64,000 nucleotides of DNA from a virus. The notes beneath the pieces are model-generated. The model made no database searches and had not been told where the DNA came from. It saw nothing but the letters and a program-made list of their open reading frames with translations. Location: positions 1-64,000 of IMG/VR virus record IMGVR_UViG_3300028563_000012; one strand, 5' to 3'. Shown piece by piece: positions 43,313-52,769 of the stretch. The position numbers were made by a program, and so were the translations under genes. Within the stretch, counting starts at the first letter, position 1. Each line of letters begins with the position of its first letter.

Positions 43313-45514
43313 TCATTTTGCCGTTGTCGTGATGTTGATGGTGACGGATCCCAGCACAGGCAACTCGCGCGGGCTGAGCAAGACGTTGGACGCCGGGGAT
43401 GTCAAGATCATGTCAGTCGGCCTTGGGATGCTCTCCATGATGATGTCGGTCAACTTGGCAGTTGCCACCTTGCTGCCAAACGACCAAAGCCAATTGCCGT
43501 CCGGATCCTTGGCCAACGGGTGCAAGAAGCCAGCCAACGCTGTTAGCACCGCAGACGTTTCGCCATTCTCCACAGTCACAACAACATCAATCGTGCGGGG
43601 CACAAAGTTGGTGGCATAAACCTTGTTGTTGAACACGCAGTTCATCTTGGTCTTGGTGCGGGCGTTGAACTGCGTGTCCAAATCATCCAAAACACCAGAC
43701 ACCACAGGATCGCCACCGGTGCCCACCACTACAACTTCAAGCGTCTTTGGGCCAAACGACTCCTCAACAGCAATCGAACGAGCAACAGGCCGAGAACCGT
43801 CTGCGGCCACGTAGGCAGTTGCCAAGTATTCAGCATCAACAGCGGTCACCACGCGCTCATTGGAACGTAAGGCAATGGGAGCAGCAGCCTTCAAACGCAT
43901 CAAGTCTGCGTCAGTGGATCCTTCCATGTTCGACCAACCAGATGCTGCTCTTGGGTTGGTTACGGTGGCAAACCAAGCAATTCCGGACATGTTGACTGTG
44001 ACCGTGTTGGCGCCCACGTTCCCATCTTGATCCGCGACCAATGTACGGTACAAGGAGCGTATGCTGTCCGTGCCAACATCGGGCACCTTGCCGTTGTTCC
44101 CGTCTCCAAAGTAGATGTCGCAAATGCCATCATCGTCAAACGCTTTGGTGTAGTGTTTGTCGGTTGGTGTGCTATTCAGAAAGTTGGGCACATTGACCCA
44201 CGTCGATTCGATGCCGCCCTCAGTCACCAAAATGGACAAAATGCTGTCATCTATGACAGGGAAATTGGACAACTGGAAGTGTTGATTTGGCGTGCCATCG
44301 CTGGAACCCAACGGATCATCTTCGTACGATTTGCCTTGGGTAGCCGTGAACATCTGGTATTGGTTCCCGTCACTGATGGATGCGCTGCCAAATGTGAAAG
44401 TTGGCGTCCCATCGGTCGATACCACCCGCCAACGCATCCAATGCATGTTGTCACCACCGGCTGGCATCCCGATCGTGGTGCGAGTCCAACCTGCCGTGAC
44501 AGACCAAGGAAGGTTGAGCGCGACATCAACCGGATCCGCGCTGGCGGTCGACAGCCCGTTGGTGCCATCAGCCGTTATGGATAGAGCGCGCCATGCACTA
44601 CCAACTGTGTAGTCATTGGTGGAAAGCGATGGCTGGGCTTGGCCTAGCAACGCGGTCAACCCGGACGTTGAAGCGATGTTGATTCCACCTTGATACGTTG
44701 ATGTCACGTCTTGGAAAGCGCCGGTCAGGTTGCAACGCACGCGAACAATCGCGCCTGCCATATTTGTGGAACCTAGGATGGTGGTCAAGTCGAACACCAG
44801 CGCTGCTGCTCCGGAAACTTGCTGGAGTGTCACGCCCTTTGGGACACTTTGATCCAAGTTGCCATCGTAGTATTCCCAAACACCCGCCATCACACCAGCG
44901 GTACGGGCACTGAGGATGATGCGCAACAAATCCCACATCACACCAGTGTGCCCAAAATATATGGCATTATTTGCCGATGTTGTAGTCCAAGGCGTCCAAG
45001 GGTTGTTTGCCAAGACATCAGCTGTGTGATCTGTGAAATTCGAGCCGTTCCAAGATGCCACCATGCCAACCTGATCAGTCCGCGCGGTGATCACATCTGC
45101 CAAGACTTCGTATTCAACAGACGGATTCCCACGAGCAGCCATGGTGGAGAACCTTGACCCATTCGGAACCGTCGTGGTTGTGGATTCGAATATCTGGGTC
45201 AATTTGCCAAGCACACCAACAGCGGCCGGGGTTGCCTGTTCTAGTTGCTGGCCAATGGCCGCAAGCAGATCCACGTGGCTGCTCCGCAATTTGGCCGTCG
45301 GCAAAAACATCTCGTTGGCAACCATGTCCAACATGACCATGTTGTGGTGCCCGGATGCGGCACTGGCACGTGCCAGTTGGATATGTGGTTCAAGCGCATC
45401 CTCGTCCGTGAGCTCAGGGCAATTCACCCGCATGTATGCGATCAAGTCTTCCAGCAGTTCTGGATAAAAATGACTTGAATAATTCAATGATGGGACGTTG
45501 ACTGTGGTTGCCAT
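43313..45514 (-). CDS. Baseplate J / gp6-like wedge protein
   Basis: PELTD, NEMFLPTAK.RSS, LGSSDGTPNQ.F.L, FGDGNNGKVP, GNVGAN, RVVTA.D.E. Confidence 0.9.
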   Translation of the reverse strand: MATTVNVPSLNYSSHFYPELLEDLIAYMRVNCPELTDEDALEPHIQLARASAASGHHNMVMLDMVANEMFLPTAKLRSSHVDLLAAIGQQLEQATPAAVGVLGKLTQIFESTTTTVPNGSRFSTMAARGNPSVEYEVLADVITARTDQVGMVASWNGSNFTDHTADVLANNPWTPWTTTSANNAIYFGHTGVMWDLLRIILSARTAGVMAGVWEYYDGNLDQSVPKGVTLQQVSGAAALVFDLTTILGSTNMAGAIVRVRCNLTGAFQDVTSTYQGGINIASTSGLTALLGQAQPSLSTNDYTVGSAWRALSITADGTNGLSTASADPVDVALNLPWSVTAGWTRTTIGMPAGGDNMHWMRWRVVSTDGTPTFTFGSASISDGNQYQMFTATQGKSYEDDPLGSSDGTPNQHFQLSNFPVIDDSILSILVTEGGIESTWVNVPNFLNSTPTDKHYTKAFDDDGICDIYFGDGNNGKVPDVGTDSIRSLYRTLVADQDGNVGANTVTVNMSGIAWFATVTNPRAASGWSNMEGSTDADLMRLKAAAPIALRSNERVVTAVDAEYLATAYVAADGSRPVARSIAVEESFGPKTLEVVVVGTGGDPVVSGVLDDLDTQFNARTKTKMNCVFNNKVYATNFVPRTIDVVVTVENGETSAVLTALAGFLHPLAKDPDGNWLWSFGSKVATAKLTDIIMESIPRPTDMILTSPASNVLLSPRELPVLGSVTINITTTAK

Positions 45515-45517
45515 GAT

Positions 45518-45928
45518 TTACCTGACGGTGAAAGAGCCACCAGCGGAGCGAGAGATGGTGAGGTTGTCTGGCTTGTTTTCCTCAAGGTTGATATATGACA
45601 CATCTGCTGTCATCTCGCCATCAACAGAAGTGAAAGTGATGGGGCCGTCTAGCGATGCTCGATTCTCCAATGACAACCGTTTGAATAACGCCTTGATTCT
45701 GACACGCAGATCAGATTGCGCATCTTCATTGTTCAACTCAAAAATGTGCTGGCTTCCCAACCCCAGATCGTCTTGGAATGGATTTTCACTGTCACAGTCC
45801 TGAAGGTTGTTGCGAATCAGCTTTTTCAATTGGTCCAAGCCGGTGGACCGCTTCAAACCGCCACGGCCGTCAGAGTCCATCGGCGAGTCGATGCCAACCT
45901 TGCCTGTCCCTGTTGGCAATTTAGGCAA
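45518..45928 (-). CDS. gp25-like baseplate / sheath initiator
   Basis: Size, G.GL....FE.N pattern, position before baseplate J. Confidence 0.7.
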   Translation of the reverse strand: MPKLPTGTGKVGIDSPMDSDGRGGLKRSTGLDQLKKLIRNNLQDCDSENPFQDDLGLGSQHIFELNNEDAQSDLRVRIKALFKRLSLENRASLDGPITFTSVDGEMTADVSYINLEENKPDNLTISRSAGGSFTVR

Positions 45929-46613
45929 TTGGTTGCTCCGCTACGAAGTTCACATCACAACACCCTATTCCAGGAACATTGTGGTAGATCCCGGTCCCAC
46001 GTGGTGGTTCCCCGCCATCAGTCCACTGGAACACCTTCCAATTGGCCCACGGAGCTGGAAGCTTGTCAGGCGGCATCGGATTTGGCATGTGATATCTGGG
46101 AACCCAAAGGTCAACGAACTTTGCTCGCTCCCAAGTAGGGTTGCCAATCACCAGCCAATGCCGATAGCTGGTGTACAACAGCGGCCGCGAACCATTGAGG
46201 ATCCCGGAAGCGTCCAGGTGGGCATAGAACTGATCCAGATACTCCAGGCCGTGGCGCTTCACGACATCAGGATCAACGTTCTCATAGCTTTTGGTTTCAA
46301 AATCAGCACATAGACGTTCGCGCGGTTCCAAATCGCCCACTGCTTTGATCAGCAGATCCGCTTGGTCTTTGGGCGATTTCTCGATGTGCAAGAATGCGTA
46401 ATACACCCCAATCGTGAAGTTGGGGCTTTGTCGAAATCCCAACTTGTTTGCCTTGAACGTGGGATCTGTGTATGATGTGCCTTCCGTGGCCTTAGCGCCG
46501 AAAAAGCGCGCGCCTGAAGCTGCCAGAGCACCCCAATCCTTTACGGGATCCCACTTGGAGATGTCAGGGCCCCAAATCTTTCCATCTGTTGTGACGGTGT
46601 TGGTTTGGGTCAC
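45921..46613 (-). CDS. GH25 lysozyme (probable endolysin)
   Basis: GPDISKW, AKATEG...DP.F, G.YY.F, ADFE, LYTS, LW..RY, W...QWT, D.N. Confidence 0.92.
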   Translation of the reverse strand: MTQTNTVTTDGKIWGPDISKWDPVKDWGALAASGARFFGAKATEGTSYTDPTFKANKLGFRQSPNFTIGVYYAFLHIEKSPKDQADLLIKAVGDLEPRERLCADFETKSYENVDPDVVKRHGLEYLDQFYAHLDASGILNGSRPLLYTSYRHWLVIGNPTWERAKFVDLWVPRYHMPNPMPPDKLPAPWANWKVFQWTDGGEPPRGTGIYHNVPGIGCCDVNFVAEQPIA

Positions 46614-47158
46614 GGCTGTGACTCCCCATAGGTTGCCCACGGCGATGGCACTTGTGGCAGGTTTGGCCTTGCGCTTTGCAAACGTGGCGGGATCAATTGA
46701 TATTGGTGAGACGTGATGATGACTTGTTCGTCGATGTACCGTCGCAGGAGAGGGATTTGCTTGTCCATAGTGTTGGACACTGCTTTGGTGATTGCGTTCT
46801 CAAAGGAGCCAGGCGCCAACCAAAGGAAAAGACCCAAAAACGAGCCAATCACCGTCGTGCAGATGATGATGGCTGTTTTGAGTTGCTTGTATCCTTTGGC
46901 TGCAGGGCATGCGCGTTCATGTTCCAGTATCGCTATGTCCATGGCGTCCTTGGAGACGGATGTCGGTGGTGGAGTTATCTGTTGCGCTGCTGCGATTTGA
47001 TCTGCAGCATCCTTCATGACTTCTGCAGCATTTTGCAAATTGTCAAGGGTGTCGTCCAGCGCCCGCTGCTTTCCGGTATCAGTGAGTGACTGGACAACAC
47101 CATTCGCGTCATCATCGCTTTGTTGCGATCTGGATGTTTTTGGCTTTTCACCATTCAC
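46610..47158 (-). CDS. Single-pass membrane protein in the lysis cassette
   Basis: TM AIIICTTVIGSFLGLFLWL after HE..C; GTGA overlaps on both sides. Confidence 0.6.
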   Translation of the reverse strand: MNGEKPKTSRSQQSDDDANGVVQSLTDTGKQRALDDTLDNLQNAAEVMKDAADQIAAAQQITPPPTSVSKDAMDIAILEHERACPAAKGYKQLKTAIIICTTVIGSFLGLFLWLAPGSFENAITKAVSNTMDKQIPLLRRYIDEQVIITSHQYQLIPPRLQSARPNLPQVPSPWATYGESQP

Positions 47159-47685
47159 GGGGCGCATGCCACGGTGCCGCATTTTCTGATGCTCACTTGT
47201 GTTTTTGCAGCCGCCAAACAGTCCAACTTCATGTCTACGACTGTTGACGACTTGTTTTTATTGCAAGCTTCCAAACAACTAGTGGCTTCGCGGCATTTTA
47301 GGCGTTTGACGTTGTTGCATGCGGCCGTGCACTTATCAGCTTGGGCACTTGGGAGCAAGGCGCATTCGACCGTGCCGCACTGCCTAACTTGGTCCACGGT
47401 CTGAGCGCTGTTCAAGCACCCAACCTTCAAGTCGGTCACAGTGCTTCCGTTTTCATCGTTGTACACGAAAGCATGAATGCAGTCGGGATCCGCGCCTTCT
47501 GTGCAATGGAGCTTGTATAGCTTGTCGCAGAGCGCCTGATAGGTGATTGATTGGACGTCCGTCTTTGACGGTGCGTCGGATGTCACGGCAGCATCCGGAA
47601 GTGGGAACGGCGTTGGGGGCATTGGATGCGGGCAGGCCGTGAAAAGCAACGCCATGCCGAGCGCTATGATTGCAGGTTTCAACAT
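47155..47685 (-). CDS. Cys-rich lipoprotein with a duplicated domain
   Basis: Lipobox LFTAC; two copies of V.D.K..CL..A.T....R.CGTV.CA. Confidence 0.75.
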   Translation of the reverse strand: MLKPAIIALGMALLFTACPHPMPPTPFPLPDAAVTSDAPSKTDVQSITYQALCDKLYKLHCTEGADPDCIHAFVYNDENGSTVTDLKVGCLNSAQTVDQVRQCGTVECALLPSAQADKCTAACNNVKRLKCREATSCLEACNKNKSSTVVDMKLDCLAAAKTQVSIRKCGTVACAP

Positions 47686-47689
47686 GAGG

Positions 47690-48517
47690 TCACACTCCAA
47701 GATTGGCAACGATCAGGTTGCTGGTGCCCTGCAAGATGAACTTCTGCGAAACCCAAGCCAGGCCGTTCCATCCCCAGCGCTTGCTCCATGAGTTGCCAAC
47801 CAGGCCTTCCACTTCACCTTTGGCATTGGTACGATAGCCAAGGCTGTAAATCCAGTGATCGAAGTCGGTGCCGCAGAAGTCAAGGACTTTGGATCCATTT
47901 GGATCGGAGAATCCTTGGAACGTGTTGCCGCTGGCCGCGACTGCATGCATGACCGTGTGACCACTCGAAAGCGCTTGCTTGTATTGGGTGAGCTTGTTTT
48001 GCCCCTCATCGATGGCGTTGAAACCGAGCAATGGGATTTTGAGACAAGACTCTAACTCGCCCAACTTCAGCTCATCGTTGACGTGTGCGTCAAGATGGCT
48101 GCTGTAATCAGGTGAATCGGCTGTCCGGCCGCCATCAACATCGCCTTCTAGCGCAATGCCCCAAAGTCCAAGCGAGCGTGTGACTGAGTTGGGCATCGCT
48201 CCGTCATCTTGCAACGGGACGTCAGGGTTAATGCGGTCAATGGCGCGCCCGAGCGCGTAGATGATGCGTGGAGCAGGAGGCTTGGCAAGCGGTTTGTCGT
48301 GCGCGGACATGGTGATGTCAACGCCGCCAGCAGTCCCGTGCCCCGTACACGAGCCTGTTTGATCTTGGTCCCAAATCGACCGCAGAAACTTCAGCAGGTT
48401 CGCTGCAGCAGGAGCCGACAATCTGGCAGCAGCCAGCAGATGGAACCCATTGTACTTGTGACCAATTGGATCCGGGATGTAGCCTCGACCTTTGAGAGGG
48501 GTTGCTTGTGGGCTCAT
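47690..48517 (-). CDS. Papain-like (C1) cysteine peptidase
   Basis: DQ.QTGSCTGH, DHW....GY, NSW...WG.NG. Confidence 0.9.
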   Translation of the reverse strand: MSPQATPLKGRGYIPDPIGHKYNGFHLLAAARLSAPAAANLLKFLRSIWDQDQTGSCTGHGTAGGVDITMSAHDKPLAKPPAPRIIYALGRAIDRINPDVPLQDDGAMPNSVTRSLGLWGIALEGDVDGGRTADSPDYSSHLDAHVNDELKLGELESCLKIPLLGFNAIDEGQNKLTQYKQALSSGHTVMHAVAASGNTFQGFSDPNGSKVLDFCGTDFDHWIYSLGYRTNAKGEVEGLVGNSWSKRWGWNGLAWVSQKFILQGTSNLIVANLGV

Positions 48518-48562
48518 ATTCGTGACTCCTGTGCAGTTGGTTGATTGTGATCAAAGCCAAGC

Positions 48563-49309
48563 TTATTGAAGCTTGTCCTTGTATTCTGCGTTCACGGCTT
48601 GTCGCAATTTTTCTTTCGCATCGGCCGATAGCGCTGTGGCACCAAGTTGGGCATGTTCCGCGGCGGGACAACTTGCCAATCCTGCCTGGGCTGCAGCGAA
48701 GCATGTGATCACGTCATCAGGCCAAGTCGAACCAGCGGCCGCGTGGATGCACGGCAAGACATTGGTCCAAGCCGCAGCAATGGTGCTGCATTGGCTGACG
48801 ATTTGGATCAGCTGTCCTGAGTCCTTGACTGTGGTGATTGATGCGCAAGCGATTTGGGCCTCATGCTTTTGCCACCAAGCACACCCGCCAAGCGTCGATA
48901 CCGACACCCCCAATATCAACATGGTGGTTATTTTGGTGATTGTGTCGGTCTGCAGGGTGCCACCCATGTTAAGTCCAACCTTCATCAAGATGCTGAGAAG
49001 CACAACGATGCCGCCAGTTTGTGCCCAATGTATGTGGCCCGCAACAGCAAGGCCGAAGTTGGCAAAGCTGACCATCACGCAGCTCCAAAATTCAGTCGTC
49101 TTGAAGACGCTCTTAGGATCCGCGCCTTGCAGATACTTGGTCAACGTCCGTGCCGCCAAGTAGATCACGGCAATTCCCGCACCGGCAAGCCCTGCCCAGG
49201 TTGGTGAGATGGAGCCTGACATGGCAGAATAGGTGTCGATGATGTAGCCAAGAATGGCAAGGATGATGGCGGCGGCTTTTGGCCCTTGTGATGTTTTGAC
49301 TGCGTCCAT
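48563..49309 (-). CDS. Holin-like multi-TM protein fused to a lipobox and a Cys-rich domain
   Basis: Four hydrophobic helices with KTTEFW, then LILGVSVSTLGGC and five further Cys. Confidence 0.6.
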   Translation of the reverse strand: MDAVKTSQGPKAAAIILAILGYIIDTYSAMSGSISPTWAGLAGAGIAVIYLAARTLTKYLQGADPKSVFKTTEFWSCVMVSFANFGLAVAGHIHWAQTGGIVVLLSILMKVGLNMGGTLQTDTITKITTMLILGVSVSTLGGCAWWQKHEAQIACASITTVKDSGQLIQIVSQCSTIAAAWTNVLPCIHAAAGSTWPDDVITCFAAAQAGLASCPAAEHAQLGATALSADAKEKLRQAVNAEYKDKLQ

Positions 49310-49362
49310 GGGAAACCTCCTGTTGGCCTATTCTAAGTCTTTCGTTGTTTGTTCCATCTCTG

Positions 49363-50181
49363 CTAGTGCCTTTTGGCGCCCATCCTCCACAATTCTTGCA
49401 GGTATGCTTGCGAGCGTGCAACTTGCTCAATCCAAACAGGCCCGTAGCACAGATCAATACCCTCATTCCAAAGCGGATCTGGAAGGCCAAAAACCCATGG
49501 GCAAGCATTGGCGCCCGTTTGCCATGGGATGGCCCCGGTAAGCGTGTTGTTGCCCAATTCGACACCATTAACGTACAACCGTATGTGCGATCCATCGTAC
49601 GTAAGTGACAAAAGCGCCCATTCACAAAATGGGACACGATTGTGATCAACTTTGACAAATATTGGTGCCACTGTCCCATCGAACGTCATGTTGGCGCCTC
49701 GTTGGGCGATGCTCATGTGCACAACTTGATACGGGGATACCCAAGTTGACGGACGAAACGGTTTGGAAATTATGCGCCCATCATTGTCGCCTGGACGAAA
49801 GTACGTTTGGACAAATACCCAAACAGATAATGTCAAATAGTTTGGCGGTTCGAATGCCCCAACAGCTGTCAGCATTCGCAAATTCTGCGTCGTTCCTGGT
49901 GAGTAGATGCCGCCGCTGAATTGTTGCTCTCCAAACGGACCAACAACGCCAGGAATCGGCGTCCCCAAGTTGATCGTCAGGTCATTGGTCCCTGTGATTT
50001 CGTTTTTGAAAGATGTTGCTGTTGATGGCTCTTTGAACAAGAACAACGCAAGTGTGTCTGAGTCATGCGGTGCAGGGATGTCGTAAAGCTTCACAAGCGC
50101 CGTAGAAGGGCCAGGGCCACGCAGGCTCCCAATGGATGTTCCCCAAGCAGATGAGCCTTTTCTGTAAACATCACCTTTCAT
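49363..50181 (-). CDS. LamG/ConA-like lectin-domain protein B
   Basis: TLSVWV, W.LLSLTYDGS.IRLYVNG; paralogue of 50181..51005. Confidence 0.85.
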   Translation of the reverse strand: MKGDVYRKGSSAWGTSIGSLRGPGPSTALVKLYDIPAPHDSDTLALFLFKEPSTATSFKNEITGTNDLTINLGTPIPGVVGPFGEQQFSGGIYSPGTTQNLRMLTAVGAFEPPNYLTLSVWVFVQTYFRPGDNDGRIISKPFRPSTWVSPYQVVHMSIAQRGANMTFDGTVAPIFVKVDHNRVPFCEWALLSLTYDGSHIRLYVNGVELGNNTLTGAIPWQTGANACPWVFGLPDPLWNEGIDLCYGPVWIEQVARSQAYLQELWRMGAKRH

Positions 50182-51005
50182 CAGAACCTTTTCGCGGCCC
50201 GTTTGTAACAGGTCCCAAGATCACTGACGCTGCGTGCAACTTGTTCGATCCAAACAGGCCCGATGCGTGCATCCAAGCCTGCGCTTGCCACACCAACGGG
50301 TTCACCAATAACCCATGGGCAAGCATTGACACCCGAAGACCAAGGGATAACCCCGGTGCGGCTGGCTGTGCTGACCTGTTGACCGTTCACGTAAAGCTTC
50401 ACACTTGCCCCATCGTACGTGAGCGACAACATGGCCCATTCAAACAAAGGCACCAAACGCTCATTCACAGACACTGCGGTCGATCCAATTTGGGCTTTCA
50501 ACACCCCGGTGGAATCAAACCAGATTGCGACCACACGATATGGTGATGCCCATGCTGATGGGTGGTATGGTTTGGTGAGCAGATTCCCATCACCAGTTGC
50601 TCGCCGATAGTTGTGCAAAAACACCCACAAGTTCAACGTTATGCTTGTTGGAGGCTCGAATGCGCCCACTGATGTTGTGACTATGGCAACGTCTTCCAAA
50701 TAGCCATTGGTGAAAATGGCGCCGCTTGGGCTTGAAGGGCTTGATGGGTATCCAAACGGGCCAACGCACCCCAAGTGGAGTGTTCCAGCTGTCTGGTGCA
50801 AGTCGTTCGCTGATGTGATGGCATTTTGGAAGGAGCTTCCAGATGTCTCGTTGAACAAGTAAAGCGCAAGCGTATCACTGTCTGATGGCGTCGGCTGGTT
50901 CGCGCCGTAAAGCGGCACATATATTGTGGCAGGCGGAGGGCTGGCAATGTTTTCCAACGGGCTGCCCCATCCAGCCTCCGTTTTTCTGTAGAGATCGCCA
51001 CGCAT
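50181..51005 (-). CDS. LamG/ConA-like lectin-domain protein A
   Basis: ITLNLWV, W.MLSLTYDGA.VKLYVNG. Confidence 0.85.
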   Translation of the reverse strand: MRGDLYRKTEAGWGSPLENIASPPPATIYVPLYGANQPTPSDSDTLALYLFNETSGSSFQNAITSANDLHQTAGTLHLGCVGPFGYPSSPSSPSGAIFTNGYLEDVAIVTTSVGAFEPPTSITLNLWVFLHNYRRATGDGNLLTKPYHPSAWASPYRVVAIWFDSTGVLKAQIGSTAVSVNERLVPLFEWAMLSLTYDGASVKLYVNGQQVSTASRTGVIPWSSGVNACPWVIGEPVGVASAGLDARIGPVWIEQVARSVSDLGTCYKRAAKRF

Positions 51006-51017
51006 CTTGCAACCTAA

Positions 51018-52769
51018 TCACAGCGAATGGCAAGCAGATGTGACCAATGATGACACCGTTGCGCCCGAGTACACTGTGGAATCTATGCGCACATCCTCAA
51101 TCAGACCATACCATTGACGGGTGGTGGTTCCGTAGTCAGCACCGATGACGTATGCCCCGTGTGTGCTCCAATAGAGCGCTGTGTTTGCTGCCGTCGTGCC
51201 TGTGCTCACGGCATAACCATCGACGTAGCCAACAATTGCGCCAGTTGAGTATTTATATGTGAATCCGATATGGTGCCAAGTTCCAACAAACAAATTCTCA
51301 GTCACCCCAAGGCTGACACCCGTTTCAACTCCTGATGGTTGCGTCCAAAAGTCGAAATACCACTGATTGGTGTTGTTGCCGTTGCCGTTGAAGCGCATAC
51401 ACCAAGCATAAGAACCTCCAGATGAGTTTTGCTCTTTCCCTAGCAGAATCGCCCACTGTGCGCTGAAGACAACTTTGACCCAAGCGAAAACGCTGAGATC
51501 GTTGGATTCGCCAAGAGACGTCGTGGTTGTCCGAAGCAATCCCTTGTTGTCAGATGAAACAGCCTCAAGAGCAGCAGCCGTGCCGTATGCGCCATTGCGG
51601 CGCGTAACGTTGGCTGTGCTGTATACGCTGAGGGCGAGCGTCCCGGCTGTACCGATGTTAGCAAAAGGTGGACCGCTGGTGAAATCCCAATAGATTGGAA
51701 CACTGCTGTAACTTGGCCTTGTTGGTGTGCAACCACCCCCGCTTCCCGCGGGCGTGGCCCATGCTCCCGAGCCGTTCAGAAAGTGCGCAGCGTTGCCGTC
51801 GCCCTGTGGAGCAAAACCTGGCAGACTTGTCGTCATGTTTTGGCCCGTGGCTGTCGTGATGCTCAGCAGAGATGCAGGGACGTTGGCCAATACGGCCTTG
51901 GGGCTGTTTGATGTCGAGACGCTGGTTGCTGTCGTGGTGACGGTGCCTGAACTCCAAGCCACGTTGCCATCAGCGTACAATGTCACAGCAGGCCCGGCTG
52001 GCCCTGTTGGGCCCTGGATGTTGCCGTTCAACGTCCAACTTCCGCCCGCGCCGCCCGCGCCGAGCGAGTAGACATTCCCAACGGCTCCACCGCCCGCGCT
52101 GGTTTCGAGATAGTAGTCACCAGAGACAGAACCACCAACGCTCGATGGAGGGTTGGCGCCCGTCCACCACTTCGCGCCAGGCGTCCCGTTTGTGCCATTG
52201 GTTCCGTTAGTTCCGTTTGTGCCAGTTGTCCCTGTGGCACCCTTGATGTTGCCGACGGAGCTGCCCCAACTTCCGCCCGTTCCGGTCATCGTGTAGACAT
52301 CGCCAGTCGTGGTGTTGAGATAGTAGTCGCCCGAGATCGATCCGCCCACGCCGCTGGGCACCCCTGCAGCTTCCCACCACTTCGATCCAGGTGCGCCATT
52401 CGTTCCATTGGCCCCATTGGTCCCGTTTGTGCCATTGGTTCCAGGCGATCCATTGGTTCCGTTTGTGCCGTTAGTTCCCGATGGCCCTTTGATGTTGGCT
52501 ATGGCGCCGCCGCCCCACGTGCCGCTGGCATGCTGCCAAACATTCCCAGTTGCTGTATCAAGGTACAGGTCACCATCATTTGCGCTCACCGCTGGTGCCC
52601 CGCTGCCGGTGAACCAGTGATTTGCTGTCCCACCAGGGATGAGCGACGGGTCAATGGTTCCAGCCGGGCACGACGTCCGCACAAATTGCTGATAGCACGT
52701 GGCGTGTGAAAATGAATCCACAAGCAGAGACAACAATACTCCACCCAATACGGCAAACGTCTTTTTCAT
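51018..52769 (-). CDS. Collagen-like fibre protein with three knob repeats and C-terminal LamG; N-terminal signal-like peptide
   Basis: (GTN)n Gly-X-Y runs; W..G...P.....GD.YL...G.V...W...NI.G x3; WHHIGFTY..GYVDG..IG..W.G.IEDVRI. Confidence 0.85.
   Translation of the reverse strand: MKKTFAVLGGVLLSLLVDSFSHATCYQQFVRTSCPAGTIDPSLIPGGTANHWFTGSGAPAVSANDGDLYLDTATGNVWQHASGTWGGGAIANIKGPSGTNGTNGTNGSPGTNGTNGTNGANGTNGAPGSKWWEAAGVPSGVGGSISGDYYLNTTTGDVYTMTGTGGSWGSSVGNIKGATGTTGTNGTNGTNGTNGTPGAKWWTGANPPSSVGGSVSGDYYLETSAGGGAVGNVYSLGAGGAGGSWTLNGNIQGPTGPAGPAVTLYADGNVAWSSGTVTTTATSVSTSNSPKAVLANVPASLLSITTATGQNMTTSLPGFAPQGDGNAAHFLNGSGAWATPAGSGGGCTPTRPSYSSVPIYWDFTSGPPFANIGTAGTLALSVYSTANVTRRNGAYGTAAALEAVSSDNKGLLRTTTTSLGESNDLSVFAWVKVVFSAQWAILLGKEQNSSGGSYAWCMRFNGNGNNTNQWYFDFWTQPSGVETGVSLGVTENLFVGTWHHIGFTYKYSTGAIVGYVDGYAVSTGTTAANTALYWSTHGAYVIGADYGTTTRQWYGLIEDVRIDSTVYSGATVSSLVTSACHSL

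Noticed and set aside
52190-52480. 9-bp tandem DNA repeats
   Set aside because: Degenerate at third positions; explained by Gly-Thr-Asn collagen coding.
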